A DNA stretch of 36,533 bases from Candidatus Pacearchaeota archaeon (GTDB lineage Archaea; Nanobdellota; Nanobdellia; Pacearchaeales; GW2011-AR1), in NCBI GenBank assembly GCA_002688415.1, contig NZCX01000009.1, forward strand, positions 1 to 36,533, in the 5' to 3' direction. The notes under the pieces were generated by a model. It was given only the letters and a program-made list of their open reading frames with translations. It was not told the origin of the DNA and did no database searches. Both the position numbers and the translations under genes were made by a program. Position 1 is the first letter of the stretch, and every line of letters begins with the position of its first letter. Shown here piece after piece: positions 36,279 to 36,533 of this stretch.

Positions 36279-36533
36279 ATATTTTATGTCTTCTAGGAAC
36301 GGAATTTCTTTTATCTTATAGGCTTTTATCGTTAAGAAGAATATAAGTAAAACAAAGATCGTTGAAGTTAGGTTCCAAAATATCCAATGAATTTGCTCAA
36401 AGTAGTTATTCTCTGAGATGAGGATTAGGAAAACTATTCTTACTATGTTGAATACATATAGTGCAATGAATGCAGTTGCAATAGATTTGATTCTTATCGT
36501 GAGTTTTACTTTTTGGAAGGACAAAAACAATAC
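36240..36533 (-). CDS. exosortase/archaeosortase-family protein, C-terminal part (5' end outside the window)
   Basis: Hydrophobic, with FNIVRI (conserved N..R) and a downstream H in FEQIHWIFW, matching the exosortase Arg/His catalytic pattern. The catalytic Cys would lie outside the window. Confidence 0.72.
   Translation of the reverse strand, partial: VLFLSFQKVKLTIRIKSIATAFIALYVFNIVRIVFLILISENNYFEQIHWIFWNLTSTIFVLLIFFLTIKAYKIKEIPFLEDIKYLAKKTKRKKSGK

Overview
AT-rich, gene-dense chromosomal segment of a DPANN archaeon, most likely Pacearchaeota-like. The assignment rests on a fused PriS-PriL primase, a bacterial-type LeuRS with an archaeal tail, a partial archaeosortase, class III pilin-like genes and an S-layer gene. 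Core genes are enolase, RpoK, exosome rrp4-rrp41-rrp42, mre11-rad50, LeuRS, TyrRS, a Trm5-family methyltransferase, rubrerythrin, a MutS-like ATPase, a type IV pilus ATPase, EF-2 and uS2. There are three tRNAs (Glu-TTC, Thr-CGT, Arg-TCG), two glycosyltransferases and several surface proteins, one of them fragmented. I found no CRISPR array, transposase or prophage. The strongest unexplained signals are regulatory. An 8-bp TATA box sits 21 nt before the ATG of most promoter-proximal genes (leaderless mRNAs), and this rule exposes unannotated microproteins. The exceptions to it (GT4, rps2, S-layer, rrp4, tRNA-Glu) carry structured 5' leaders that are candidate cis-regulatory RNAs. The primase appears to have lost its Fe-S cysteines and gained a four-CxxC insert. 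tRNA-Thr has a compensatory A19:U56 pair. All calls come from reading the sequence by eye; no searches or folding programs were run.
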